A DNA stretch of 63,016 bases, the filler included, from Lenisia limosa (Eukaryota; Protista; Breviatea), in assembly GCA_001655205.1 (NCBI GenBank). It is 9 parts of 9 records of this genome, joined end to end, with 100 filler letters (N's around TTAATTAATTAA, not from the genome) between each part and the next. Parts side by side here need not be neighbours in the genome. Positions count along the whole stretch, not along the records: positions 1 to 18,721 come from LPNZ01010397.1; positions 18,822 to 45,026 come from LPNZ01008423.1; 7 more parts are not named here. One strand, written 5' to 3'. Under the pieces are notes generated by a model that saw only the letters and a program-made list of their open reading frames with translations, did no database searches and had not been told where the DNA came from. The translations under genes and the position numbers were made by a program. Of this stretch, positions 15,001 through 28,320 are shown piece after piece. How positions within the stretch are numbered: the first letter of the stretch is position 1; each line of letters starts with the position of its first letter.

Positions 15001-18000
15001 CGGCTGCCGAGCGCTACCGTGCCGTTTCTGCCGCACGTGACTCCGCGTTTATTGAAGAGGCACGCGAAAGAGGTGAAACGCTTGCACGCAACGAGGGTGA
15101 GGGTTCAGACATTCAATGCCGGCATCAGATTGCCCGTGCCGAGGTCATTGCCGCAGCCGCGGTGGAAGAAGCCGAAGCTATTGAAGCAGCCCGGCTCGGA
15201 CACGTCACCAAGCGAACGCGGGCGATTGAAACGGCCCGATTTGACATTAAGGCCAAGATGGAGGCGGAAGGCAAGGAAGTCAGCCCCGCCGTCGTATCCC
15301 TTGCAACAATGGCTGCGGTTGCCGAGACGGACTTGGAACTTGAGAAGCGTGAGGAGGAGATTCGAGCGAAGGTGTTTGCTAAACGTGACCGTCGACTCGA
15401 CAATCTTCGCCAAGACCAGGCGACAGAGCTCCAAGTTGCCTCCGGTGCACCTGAAGCGCCCGCAAGCATTCTCAAGGGATACAGCGTCAAGGAAGCCAAG
15501 GCTATGGCCCAGGCTGAAGGGGAGTTAGATGCCCAAGATCAGAGCGATCGCCAGGTGTTGAAGGAGGCATCGGGTGACGCTGATGTGTTGGCCGAAGCTG
15601 AACTTCTGGAATCCAGGCTCAGCGCACGTAGACGTCGACGTCTCATTTCGCTTCATCTTGACTTTGTCCGCAAGCGGCAGACAGCCCTACAGCGCTTCAT
15701 TAATCAGCATAAGACCGATCAGCGCAAGCCTACTCAACCATCTCAACCAGGAGACCTTGCTGAATCTGGTAAGGGCGTGTCTATGGCTGCTTGCACGGCA
15801 TCTCTGCACTCCACGAAACCCGTAACGCAGCTGACAACGGTTGAGGCAGTGGAAGAAGTCGTGGTCCAGGAAATGGCAGCGATTCAGAAGGAGAAGGACA
15901 AAGAAGCCATGGCGCAAAAAGCTAAGGAAGAGTCTAAAATCGCCTCGATGGCCCGTAAAGAGGAAGCCTCTCACAACCGCAAGGCTGAACTTGACCAGCT
16001 TAAGGCGTCATTCCTTACCAAGCTTCTCTCCTGTAAGTCTGACGCTGAGCGCATGGAAGTTATTTCCGAGAACCAGCAGCAGACTGTTGCTTTAGAGGCA
16101 AAGTGGTCGCAAATCAAGTCCGAGCAAGACTCCAAGGAGAAGGCAGTTGTTCAGCCAAAGGAGTCGCTGTCTGCACGCCATGAACGCGAGCGCAATGAAC
16201 TGATTGCTCAGCTTGACCAGGAAGACAAAGAAGAAATGGATGCATTGGAAGAGGAAATCAAGCAGGCCCAGCCAGACGATCCTATGGCGGACCCTCATGC
16301 TGCAAGTGCACGCAAGGCTGCCCAGCAACAACGACTCGAAAACAAAAGAACACGCCGTCTCGAGGCACTCAACAGACAGCAGAGCAATGAGAGAGCCGCC
16401 ACCGGTGGTGAACTTATTGAAGAAGAGGAGGAAGAAGAGTCGGACGTTATTATCGACGACGATGATGAAGAAGAGACCATTGAGGAGATCCGTCTCAAGG
16501 AACGCCAGAAGAAGGTTCTTGGCGATATGGACAGCCGTTATGCGGAGGAGGAAAGCCACATGGCGCAGATTTATAAGGAGGAGGATGAGCGAAGAAGAGC
16601 TCGGGAGGAGCTGGAGGAAATGGAGAGAGTCACTCGTCGTCGCCGTGAGCACGAAGCTCAAATGGCGAAGATCAAGCAGGAGAAGCCGCAGATTTCCGAG
16701 TCGGAACTCATGAAGCACATGAACCAGCATGAGCAAGAAATGCTCGCCCTCGAGTCGAAAATGCTCGAAGACTACAACAGACAGTCGGATATTATGCGAA
16801 ACAAGCTTGAAGCTCGTAGGAAGAGAAGGCTTGAAGAAAAGGCCCGACACCGCGAGGCTGAAAAGCGCAAGGAGCTGATGCTTCAGCAGAAGGAACGCGA
16901 GGAGATGAAGAACAAGCTCAGTAAACAGAAAGACGACGAAGCCATACAAGAGGCCGTAACTGCCTTGTCCGGCGACCAGGCTGCCCAGGCCGTGGAGCTC
17001 ATTTTGCAGCGCCGGCACCGCAAGGAGCTGGCGGCGCTGTCTTCGAAACACGTGGTGCAGCAGGATGTTGTTGAGGCGGATACCCGTTCCGAGCTTGAGA
17101 AGAAACACGTCACCATCCGAACGGAACTTCAGCTGAAGCACAGCACCGAGCTTGCTACCGAACTCCAAAACCTCTCTGGTGATGCACTCGAGGCGAAACA
17201 GGCAGAACTCCTTTCAAAACAGAAGAAGGAACTGGACGATCTGGAACAGGCTCAGACCCTCGAGGCCGACCAAGAGGTCAATCTTCGGAGATCCGATCTT
17301 GTCAACGCTCAACAGGAGGAGCTCCTCCAAACCCGCCAACGGCAGTACCAGGAGTTCGCCGCGAGTGTCGAAGAACACGATCTGGAGAGCGAACTTCTTG
17401 AGAAACACGCGTCTGAAATGAAACAAGCCGTGGAGAGTCTCGAGCGCTTCCAGGATCAACTCGAGGACGACACCCGTATCAAGCTGGAGAAACTCAAACT
17501 CGAGAAACAGCGTCTGAATAATGAGTCTAATAAGAAGCTTCAGGAGGAGCTCGACCGTATGGATGCTGAAATCAAGGCTGAAGAAAATCGCGAGAGGCTT
17601 TCCTCGGAGGCTAACGAGAGCGCCGTTATTTCGCAACAAGCTGCCCTTCGTGAAGCCCGCCGGAAGAGGCAGGAAGAGGAGCTCATGTCTAAACTTGGCC
17701 AAGGCNNNNNNNNNNNNCTTGGAACGTCTCGAGGAGGCTATGGACTCTGATAGGCTTCGCCAGAAGAACACCTTCCAAAAGCGGCTCAAAAAGAAGAGGG
17801 ATGACCAGAGGAGGAGGAAGAGGGCGGCTTTGCAAGCCCAGGCCGCGCTTAAACTGGCTGAAGAGGAGAAGCGTTTGGAGCAGCAGCGAAGCGAAGAGGC
17901 AGCGGCGGCTGCAATTAAGCTGCAGGAACAGCAGCAACTCGACCTAAAGNNNNNNNNNNGAGGGACGAGGAGAGGGCTGCCGAGAGCCTGTCACGTGCTG

Positions 18001-18721
18001 AGAAGGAGGCACAGCGAATCCGTGAGGAGGAAGAGAAACTCCAGCGTGAAACTGAAGCTATCCATGAGGAAAGACAGCAGCTGATGAAGAAGTCACTGAA
18101 ACTTCAGAGTGGTGGCGGCGGCGGCAAGACCAACGAGGAGTGGATGGAGTTGTTAAAGGAGTCCCCGTTGTTCGGACGGCTTGAAGCACTAGAAGGACGC
18201 CTGACTTCTGCCATTACCGTCTCGACGCTTACGCCGAAAATTAAGGAGGCTCTCGAGGCTATTCAGACCGCTTCAGCTCAAGCGCCTTCGTCTAAAGCCG
18301 CTGCCTCTTCTGATGACACTGGTAGGCCGTTAGAGCTTCACTTTGGTTCAAATTCTTAATAAATCTGACCGTCTCTTTTGGACCGAAATGAAGGCCTCTC
18401 CGCCATGTAATCTACCTAGAAGTAACAAATAGTCCAGGTTGTACCTGACCGAAGCCGTGTATTTTTTTATATTCCATCTAACCCCTAGGACTGACCTTTA
18501 CTTGTTTTGTTGTGTTTCGCAAATGTTTGGCCAACAGAGTTGATTTGGGTTTTTTATTTTGTTTCACAAAAGTTTCAAATTTTACTCCCCCTCCCCCCCT
18601 GCAGCCGAAGAAAAGATAGACCTGGACCCTCGAGAACATGAGTTCAGCGTAGGAGGCCCTCTCAAGACTCTGAGTGTGGACGATCTCTCCCCCATGGAAT
18701 GTGTTGTAGCTCGTTTCGGCC
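88..18721 (+). CDS. Giant cysteine-rich repeat (GCC2/GCC3, ephrin-receptor-like) single-pass membrane protein with long cytoplasmic coiled coil; multi-exon, partial at both ends
   Basis: Dozens of C-x2-C-P-x-G-x-Y-C repeats occur in the small 5' exons (e.g. 88-154, 291-363, 1715-2007, 2259-2410, 4753-5168) and in a very long exon (5509-18321) that contains the 4105-aa ORF. One hydrophobic helix (WTLVAALISAVFVLATGVILGL, about 11448-11514) is followed by E/K/R/A-rich coiled coil. Splice phases match where checked (2007/2259, 5168/5509, 18321/18605). The last visible exon (AEEKIDLDP...DLSPMECVVARFG) is cut by the scaffold end. N gaps at 17706-17718 and 17950-17958 break the frame artificially. 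Confidence 0.9.
3612..3769 (+). repeat. Shared intron 3'-end module (family C; possible introner)
   Basis: CCTGAGCTT..TTGTTATCAACCCTTGTGTG..CCAACAGAGTTGATTTTGGGCTT..TCATAAATT..TTTAC(C)n. Homologous tracts end at acceptors near 2138-2258, 18531-18604 and 46575-46683, and on the minus strand at about 22736-22825 and 50683-50885. Confidence 0.7.
3997..4083 (+). repeat. Triplicated ~26-bp unit (TTCGCCTCTTCTTTTTAACTGTGT) at an intron 3' end
   Basis: Three tandem copies lie immediately upstream of the acceptor TTGTAG at about 4083. Confidence 0.8.
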
Positions 18722-18821
18722 NNNNNNNNNNNNNNNNNNNNNNNNNNNNNNNNNNNNNNNNNNNNTTAATTAATTAANNNNNNNNNNNNNNNNNNNNNNN
18801 NNNNNNNNNNNNNNNNNNNNN
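18722..18821. other. Artificial scaffold-joining spacer (44 N + TTAATTAATTAA + 44 N)
   Basis: The same 100-nt structure, with stops in all six frames, recurs at 45027-45126, 47629-47728, 49124-49223, 51547-51646, 54532-54631, 60015-60114 and 61239-61338. Confidence 0.97.
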
Positions 18822-21800
18822 TATGTCCACTCCCCACTCCCCATAACCAGCCCCCCCCTCCCACGTTCGTCACTTTCATCCCAAAAATACGACATGTCCA
18901 ACCTCGCCACCTCACTATGAACAAAAGTGTCGACCCTCCGTCACTCGACCCTCCCCCTCCTACGTTCGACCACTCGAGGCCGTCTGTGAGAACGCCATTT
19001 CACTTCCTTCTTGCCTGTGGTTATTAAAAAAAAGCTTTGGAAAAATGAACTAATGAAAAAAAAAAACTGATGAAAAAGGACTTAATTTTTTTTTTTAAAA
19101 AAATAGACTAATGGAACAAGATAAAACTGTTTAGTTTTCCTCCGCTCATAGAACCTCACATCATTTTGATCGAAGAAGCGTCCTCAGTTAGGTGGTGGCT
19201 TGGAGCTGACATAGCGTTCTTGACAGGTGAAAGAAGTAACATCGTTCTTTATAGTTGATTTCACGGTTAAACAGCATCATCGTTTTCAAGGTAGGGTAAT
19301 ACGAAGGCTTTCAAGGTTAAAAAAAACACCTCAAAAAAAAGAGATCCACTTAGTCTCATATGCTCAAGCTTCCCTATGATCAAAAATACAAAATATCGAT
19401 ATTTATCGAGATAATTTCAGTCTTGTTTGAGACCGTTGAGAAGACTATAAAAGCCAGTTACCTCAGAAGGTTCTCTGTAGAGGTTCGCAGGCGTGCTGAA
19501 ATGGATAAGTAACACAGAAATGAGAAGATGACAATATAAATGCGAAGAGCAATATTCGTATGGTCAGTGTATCATTTACGATATCCCACGGCTTAATGAT
19601 GGATGCTGGTTCGCGTCCGCTTGAGAGGTTCTACAACGTAAATTGTACAATATAGTCTGGCAGTTGAAGAGTGTGAGGTTTTATGTTTCTAGGGTAAATA
19701 TAGCCCCAGATTATTGATGCATTAAAGTTCAAAGTTCAAAGTTCAAAGTTTGAAGAAATGCGATTATTGAATATAACACAGACAATTAGGTTTCGAAATC
19801 GATGATCATATCAGACATGTTTTGGGGCAAATCTGTCAAAATATTGAATCTTGCATAATACATATATATGATATATCATCATATTTGAACAAAACTCCCT
19901 CATATAAGGTGTTTTCTTAAAATGTAACCCCATTTTCCTACTCCATATGAGTTGGTAGGGGGAAGCGTCCAATTGGAAGCAACTGTGGAATGTTCATCAA
20001 CAGGAGATACTGGGTTCAATGAACAAATAATGATGTGTGCGTTTTTAACTATAATTGCCCTCCCTCCCACACCCAAAAACACACACAATGAAAAATTACT
20101 ACCACCCCTCACAATGGGCGGGACCGCGAGCAACATCATTGTCTAGCGACTCCGCCATTTCAAAATATCTGAAATTATTAATCTGAGTCATTTAAGTCAT
20201 ATTTCAAATTTCGAATGTGTGCAATTCTTTCCGAAGTGAAGCCCTTTAAGAGAATGAAAACTCCCACCGTTGAGCCAGGGTTTCATCAGACACAACCGTC
20301 TGTAGGAATGAAGCGTAATGCCTCAGTATGGACTTGGACTGGGGGAAGCTTCGAAGTAGGCGGCGGTAAGACTGGGCTGGGAGGGTGAGTGATGGTACTT
20401 CACAAGGAGGAGAAAAAGTATAATCTGTGGGACATGTAAATACTGTGACCACGATAAGTCTTGACACGGTTGGCACAAATAATCATAATAATATAGAGTG
20501 GGGGCACACACAATACCATACATTACCGATCTATCATGTCCCAAAGTGGCCGCTTCGCTCCCATGTGGTCCATTAATCACCGGTAAATAATTTATGGTGT
20601 TGTGAAGGCGCCCACTCAATATTATTAACCATTCCCACCAGCAGATGTTTTGTACTTATCAAGCTTCGCAGCCTTGGCTGAGATTTTATTGAGGTTCACG
20701 GATGTGGGCTGTAAGAGAACCTGGGGGGNNNNNNNNNNNNNNNNNNNNNNNNNNNNNNNNNNNNNNNNNNNNNNNNNNNNNNNNNNNNNNNNNNNNNNNN
20801 NNNNNNNNNNNNNNNNNNNNNNNNNNNNNNNNNNNNNNNNNNNNNNNNNNNNNTAACTATTCCTAGATTTGCCCCAATGTGTTAAACAATCCTTGATCAT
20901 ATGATAATCACAAATTTGGGCTCTCTACTCCTATGCCACTTTTATCAAATAACAGATTAATCTTCGCTCTTTGTTTTGGCCTAAAAATCATTTGCAAAAT
21001 AAAATAAAAACAAAAAAAAAATAGGAAAAAAAATAGTTTTAGGTGCAGAAGTGAGTTTACCAACAGTTTTATTTCAATACAAGCGGGCACTCAGAATATA
21101 AACCATAACAAACTTATATTGAATTTGTTAGTCGTAATAACAAATTCACGTATTTAGTACTATTTAAGCCGAAAAGTTAGATTACTGAGCCTCTTTGAGA
21201 AGCTTAAAACCCCAACCCTCCGCGTCCCTGTTAATAGTTATTTTCTGTATCTAGGATGCTAATATATAATAGAGCTTCAATGAAGGAAGGGATGTTTTGA
21301 GTCCTTTCAAGACTCTAAAAAACTGTCATCCAACATAGTTGTTCTCCTGACACTGTCAATTATGGTTGAACGAATATCCAATACTCAAATTGTCACAACA
21401 TATTAAAGCATATTATATGATATATTAACTGTATACCTATCACATTGTAAATTTAAACTGGTGGTAACAGCTTGAAATGGTATTCATGGAGTGCACACAT
21501 GGGAGGTGAAATAAAACACAAACCTGCCAAAAGCTCTTGGTCATGGCCAAAGCAGCCTGATGGTTCTTTTTAGCGTCAGCAAAGGTCCGACGGAAGTCCA
21601 TAAAGTCTACCAATCCTGGGGGGGGGGGGGNNNNNNNNNNNNNNNNNNNNNNNNNNNNNNNNNNNNNNNNNNNNNNNNNNNNNNNNNNNNNNNNNNNNNN
21701 NNNNNNNNNNNNNNNNNNNNNNNNNNNNNNNNNNNNNNNNNNNNNNNNATTAACATGAGATAAAAATCCTGGGGGGACGATTTTACCGTGCATTTACCCC

Positions 21801-24800
21801 CTCCCCCACCCAGTTTGTCATGACCATTGCCGCTGGTCATGTGCAAGGTTTCACGTTCCTTTTCCCATTGTCGATTCCTGCGTGGTGAGCTTTTTGTTGG
21901 TAACCTATAGATCATTCTTATTCCTTTGTGGTCCATTTCCTGAAATGAAAAATGAACCTCTGGGACTGATAAGTGAGCAGATCTTCACTTCGGTTATATA
22001 AAAACGACTGAATTCTTGATGAATTCTCGAGAACTATTTTTATAGTATTGCAGATTTTTGTGATCGAAATGAGGCCCTAGGAGTAAAGTTCTACGAAAAA
22101 TTTTTGATTATTGCTACGTTGTTGGAGTGGGGGTTGGGGGGGGGGGGTTCTGGNNNNNNNNNNNNNNNNNNNNNNNNNNNNNNNNNNNNNNNNNNNNNNN
22201 NNNNNNNNNNNNNNNNNNNNNNNNNNNNNNNNNNNNNNNNNNNNNNNNNNNNNNNNNNNNNNGTAGTTTACAAACCTTGTAAAGATGATGAATCGCGGTA
22301 GCAATCCAGGGCTCATCCTGATGAGATTAAGTGCTTACAAGTGTGAAGTTAATCCAACAGTGCCATTATGAGACCCACTCACTTCTCAGCCTTCTTCATT
22401 TGCACTCCCGCTTTCGGAGAGTCCCTTTTAAACGACAGAAAAAAAGTGGCGTATCGAACTGTAGTGTTGATGAGTTTAAGCAAACAATACGTTGTATTAA
22501 GCATTACAATTTGTATTCCGTGTAATTGGGAATGTGTCAAAAAAAAAGTACGAGCAGTTATAGTCTACATTCAATTGCAGATGGTATTGTGTCCTGTTTA
22601 GGTCAAATTCTGTTGGAAGCCCTTCTTACTTCTAATGATGACACTATGAGGGAACTGGATCAGGCCTGCTTTGAAGATGTTTTCTGCTTTCTGCATGGCC
22701 AGCCTCGTGCGTTGTTTGTTGCGCTGGATATTGGATAAGGGTGGGGGTGGCAAAATTGGACAATTTATGGAACAACAAAAAAAAAAAAATGAAGCCCCAA
22801 ATCAACTATGTTGACGAGTAATGTACAGAGACGGGATAAGTCTTGACCGATTTTCCTTGGGAAATCATTTATCAAATCGGCCAAGACTTATCCTGGTCAC
22901 TTTATCTGCCTTCTATGTCCATTGCTGCCTACGTAAATAAATCTAGTTCGAATCTCAACGTCTTCTTCAGAGAAAAACAGCCGTGGGGGATCGGGGTCGT
23001 AGCATTCATGTTCATGCGTTGCAATCTGGGGGAGAGGTGAATATGAGAACTTAAGAATATTTGTAACAACTCCAGAGGGATAAGGGGTAAGCTTTAGAAA
23101 ATAAAAATCTCCTAACACCCCCCCCCCCCCAANNNNNNNNNNNNNNNNNNNNNNNNNNNNNNNNNNNNNNNNNNNNNNNNNNNNNNNNNNNNNNNNNNNN
23201 NNNNNCTCTGTTTGGTTAAGAAATAGCAGCTTCACTTCGGTCCGAAAAAGACCGGTAAAATATCGATAGTTTTCGAGGATCCAGTCAAAGTAAAGCACTA
23301 AGCCTGGCGGAATGATAATTTCACGGTCTCCCAACGTATTTTTTTTGCATTGCCTATTTTTAGAGTTAATGTTTATATTTAGAGAAGACTAATTCAAAGA
23401 GCAAGAATATATCGAAATAATTTCATAAATACAACAATGATCATTCTCTTATCGCATGGGATGATGTGGGGTGGGGGTGTAAGACGGGAATGAGAAAATG
23501 GGAGCGGGGAATGACCCACAATATATAGTAACAGGTGGCTTTGATACAATCGTGAAAAATAGATTTTTTTTTTCTTTTTTTCGAGTTGACTTTTTTCTGT
23601 TTTTCTTTTTCTCGATTAATAGTGTTATTCTGTATCGTCAAAATCCCAGCAGAAAGTGCTATCCTATTCCACATACGGAGATTGGTTTCAACCCGCTTCT
23701 TGAGATAATTGGAAAACAGCTGAAAGAGGCCACCAGAAACGAGCAAGAATATAACTGGGGGAGGTCAATATCGAAAATTTGAAACATAAAACTCCAGGTA
23801 AAAACAACATAAACAAAAGGGGGGGGGGTGTTGACATTGTAATATTTATAAAGAGGAACAATAATGTTAAATGAGGCCGAAGCCTTCTTAGATGTTTTGG
23901 ATAATAATATAAAATTCATCCACCCAATCAGTTGTTTTAAAACTCTGTGCAAACAGCTTTTTTAGCTAATCAAGATAAATAATTTTAATTAATTATCATA
24001 AATTAATAGTTGCTCTTAATTCAAATTGGTTTGTATCCATATATTTGTTTCCCAAGATTTGTAATGTAGCTATAAGATATATTATTTCTTGTTAATAATT
24101 CAAAGCGTTTACCGGACCTACCTCCGAGGGCAACAATCATTATGAAGACCATTTCTGTTGATGCCTGAAAGATGAGAATATAATTATGGAAGGTTTCTGA
24201 GGACCACATTGTAAAGAATACAGATATGATATGATATGAGCCAACAAAAAGCGTGACAATCACTTGGTGGTCATGATAAGAAAACTGACCGTGATAACTC
24301 ATGAAAAGGGTATTGAGCTTTAACTTTAGTAAATCGTGACAGGACTTATCACAGTAACTGAATAACTTGCGCCCCATCATACCCCAATAGCAAGCGCATA
24401 TCCACCTAATGCCACACCAAAAGCCGAACCAAACAGCATGGTTCTCTGGTAAGTCAGTGCAGCCACATTTTATCAAAAACAAATATATATACTCAACTGG
24501 ATCACACAAAATTAATATTCCGCACTGTAGTATAAACTTGTTGTATTCTGTTGTTCAAATATCGCTCAGGATGTGATTGATTTTTATAAAAATAAATAAA
24601 ATTGAATGAAATTGTCTCCCCAGTCAATCTAGTGAGGGAGTGTGGCCACAGAATAACCTACAATGAGACTCCACCGGACACAATAGTAGTACGGCCGAGT
24701 GATGGTCCGAAAAGTGCACCAGCCTAAAAATCGTGAAAATTATCGAGCTGAAATGCAAATAAAACGAAATTTGGTGCATCAGTATATTGTTTGAACTAAG

Positions 24801-27800
24801 AAACAAAATAAAGAAGTATATGACAGAAGCCGTCTACACCATATATATTAAAAGACAAACAATTAAATTGTTACACGTGTATACTGATCATGAAATTCTG
24901 TTAGTGATCAAAATCAAATTTGTATTTTCTTGTACTCAAAAATATTAGCACGCTCACCTAAAGAGAGAACCATCAGTGACATTGCCACCCAAAGGTATGA
25001 GCTAAATGGTCACATTTCACACCAAGTTCGATGTTGTTAAAATATACGCTTTCGTAGGGTATTAGAGCAAATCTCTTGAAAACCAGTCAAGTCATACCAA
25101 TGTTAGAGAGAATGTATTGCTGAAATATTATATACCCGTTCCTGAAAAAAAATTAGAGGGTGTAACGATTAGGAAGTAAATTCACAATATGTAGGATGGA
25201 GAAAAAAGTACCCCTACTCACCCCCAAAGCCAGATATAATATCACTTAGTATGTATATCATATGAGATAGTATATATTACGTACAAATCTGGCATCATGA
25301 ATAAGCAATGCCTTGAGTAGATCTTCACTATTATTTACAAAAGAGTGCTGAAATATTGATAAATAACTAGGGTTTAACAAGAATAGTCTTTTTTGGAACC
25401 GAAAGTGAAGCTCTGGTTTGAGACAGCTGTAAACAAGACAATCATACCTGATTGACAAGTCATTAAGTCTGAAATAAAACACCCAGATCGTCTTAATAAG
25501 CAGGTACCTAAAATGATAAAACAAAAGGTATGAGTTGCCTTTCCATGTTGAAGAAGATGTCATTACCCCCACCCTCAATTAACCATCTTTTTGGTTCTAT
25601 CCCCTCAACTGCCACGTTAATCATATCATGATATCGTTTCTTTCCCATCAAAGCCATTAACTCTAGTCCCCCTCCCCCCATATATTGAAGCACTGACGTT
25701 CAAGTTCAAGTCCCCGCTCCCCCTACTTGGCATCAAAATAAGACTCGGGTCGAGCGAAAGGGTCCCTACTTCGGGGGTCGCTTTCATACAATCTGAAAGG
25801 AGGTGAGAGTAACTCAGGACAGTTTTAGATTTTTGGAAAAATTTTCACACCAATTTTTGGATCATATTCGTACGGAATATTACTATCATTTTCCATACAT
25901 CCCGCAGATTTGAGAGCAAAAAAACACATTCAAAACCCAGGCCATTTCCATGTTAAATTAAAATATTTCCTGTATGACAATATCTTTTAGTAGAGGTCTA
26001 CAAAATTGACCTCGGAGAGAATACAACTTACACAAGAGAAATCAAGAGGCTAAAGGGGATAAACACTAAGAGCACCAGCGCTGATGACCCTGTGTAATTA
26101 GTGGGGCAATATATATATATATTTTAGAACTGCGGGGCAAATATGTACATACATTATGAAGGAAAGCTTACATATCCGTATCGAGAAATTCAGATATTTT
26201 TTGGAACAATAGAAACGTTATCCTTGATAATAACAACACAACACACCATCTTGACTTTCAAATACACCCAATTCAAACATTTATTCAACTTACCAGAATA
26301 AATGAGGTTTCCTGCTGACACACACGAATCGGAACGGTCAATATAGTCATAGACAGAGGATTTGGGGTTTGAACACGACAAAAACGTTGTCAAAATCTAG
26401 AAAATGGTTAGGGTAGTATGAGCTACAGGCAAACTAAGAGTTTAATAAGTGGTATGTAACCCATTCTTGTATTGAAATACAAGCTTTGTTGGTGGTGGTA
26501 ACAGTGAAACTTAAAATCTATCAATTTTTAAATGATTTGACACTTTCTCCCACTGTTAGAATCGGAATGTAAAATGATGTCACCATAGCAGACGCGAGGA
26601 TTCGAACTGCACGCACAACCCAAATTGGTGTTGATGAATTGGTCTGTAAATGGAGATAAAAAAGGCAAAATAATGAAACAAAACAGCATAAAAAAAAATA
26701 CATTGACAAGAAACCCAGGCTACTCGCCCCAACAGCACCGCACCTCATCACTCCAGAGTAAAAAATGCAAAATTAATGAAACAGAAACACTCCAAAATCA
26801 ACTCTATTAGCTAGAAATACAAGAGTTTTGAAAACACTCCACCCACCCCATGTTGACTCACAACAATGGTATAACTCATAATGAGCACCAGTACTATGAA
26901 GGCCAGGGTTGTTGCGTAGAGAATCTTCCAAATGCTAAGGGAGCATAAGAACCGGAAATTTATTATTTACAGTATGCAGGAATGTCATTTTGACCAACAC
27001 AAAGGAAAATGATAGTTAACACAAAGTGAAATAAAAGATCACATGATCTATAGTACAATAATAGTGTGACACATAGTTTACACAAGGAAGTACTAAAAGT
27101 GATACTATTTGGCGAACTACAAATGATGTTCATTTTACCAAGCTAAAACGCCTTTAATTCTCTCCCCACCCAGGAAATCGCCCCCTCCACCCTTACAGGA
27201 AATCGAACGTCAGAACACCAAGTGGAGACTGAAAGACGTTGAAAAATTCAGCAATAAGTTTCTCTTCTGCCAGCACACCAGCAGTTAAGATGAAGGATAG
27301 CGACTCTAGGAACTGAATAAGATATAATAAGGGAACTATATAATGAATGATTGAGATAGAGATATTGCAAATACTGGGCACTCCAAATGTGTTTGGGCCT
27401 GAGGTACGGATGCTAAGATATTGGAAGAATGAGCAAAACGTTGTATAAATCTCAAACTTTTTTCAAACATTATACCTCCCCTCCACCCCCCCCCCTCTCT
27501 CCTACGGAAATAGTCGATAAACACAGCAGCTGCCTGGAGAATTGGAGACCTTCCTTGACCTATAGGATTTATTGGGGACCCTGCATTTAATATTTTGAAT
27601 TCATTAATTAAACCATTTTGAAAGTGAAGCGGTTGAAAGGAGTGTATTTTCCAATAAAAAAAATGTCCCTCTTCAAATTGAAAGTAATTTCTCACAATAT
27701 TACGGAGTTTGGTCGGCCCCTCATATAAAGAATGCACATACACCGAGAAGTCCTGAAACGGAGATAGACCATAACATTTGGTCAATCGTGTCAGGACTTA

Positions 27801-28320
27801 TCACGCTTTGTTTATGTATGTGTTTACAAGTGTCTACATTATGAGTAGACTGAATGAGGATATGAGTATGTATGAAAGACTTTCTGATTATTAACCCTCT
27901 ATAGACTCATTTGATACGAACGCAACTAATGAACGCCCCGAAATTTCGAAATAATAACTATTATATAGAAATGACAGTTTTCGAGGAGGGATATGATCAA
28001 TATTTAGCCAACTTAAGAGGGTTGATTTAATTAATAAAAAGGAGCTATCTAAGTGTCTCGCGAATCCAACAATCCTTGGCCAGGGAATCCATAAGAATTC
28101 GCTATCCGAACACAAACATGGTTCCAGCAAGGACAAAACGAAGACGTATTACAGTAACACCTCCAATAACCACCCTTAGTAAATCCAACCAACCAGTTAC
28201 GAGAGTGTACAGGAACTGGAAGAGGTGCTCCTCAGTGCTGGACCTGACATGTTGATCAAGATTGCTTGCCCATGCCGACTGGGTCTGAGTATATGGAACG
28301 GTTGAGGCTCGTACTGACAT
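18822..28320 (-). CDS. TmcB/TmcC ('tiny macrocysts')-like multi-pass membrane protein: N-terminal TM region plus TPR-like segment; 3' part truncated by the scaffold end
   Basis: ATG at 28320. Minus-strand exons read, in order: MSVRAS...EEHLFQFLYTL; PLLYLIQFLESLSFIL; IWKILYATTLAFIVLVLIMSYTIV|TNSSTPIWVVRAVRILASAMVTSFYIPILT; LYESDPRSRDPFARPESYFDAK|YLLIKTIWVFYF; FFSEEDVEIRTRFIY; AMQKAENIFKAGLIQFPHSVII; MSPGLLPRFIIFTR; LVDFMDFRRTFADAKKNHQAALAMTKSFWQ; SYRRLLRSFPQSKSILRHYASFLQTVVSD. This motif order matches my recollection of the TmcB/TmcC PAS-domain membrane protein family. The PAS domain itself is not seen. Confidence 0.75.
22826..22902. mobile_element. MITE family B copy
   Basis: CAGAGACGGGATAAGTCTTGACCGATTTTCCTTGGGAAATC...GGCCAAGACTTATCCTGGTCAC, flanked by TA, within a Tmc-like gene intron. 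Confidence 0.7.
23228..23300 (+). mobile_element. Dispersed repeat / probable MITE (family A)
   Basis: GCTTCACTTCGGTCCGAAAAAGACCGGTAAAATATCGATAGTTTTCGAG. Related copies are at about 576-642 (hairpin form), 1121-1180, 21983-22040, 35195-35250, 46423-46470, 61501-61570 and 62683-62720, and in reverse at about 18372-18396, 20230-20250, 25390-25415, 41580-41605 and 51015-51082. All are intronic or intergenic. Confidence 0.65.

Noticed and set aside
16092-17789. Long antisense ORFs (358 aa, 191 aa) and shifted-frame ORFs over the giant gene
   Set aside because: They are shadows of biased codon usage in the coiled-coil exon; the translations are Leu/Phe/Ser-rich mirror sequences with no recognisable features.
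88-18721. Assignment of the giant protein as an apicomplexan/ciliate-type CRMP or a receptor kinase
   Set aside because: Only one TM helix is visible (CRMPs are multi-pass) and there are no kinase motifs in the visible cytoplasmic part.
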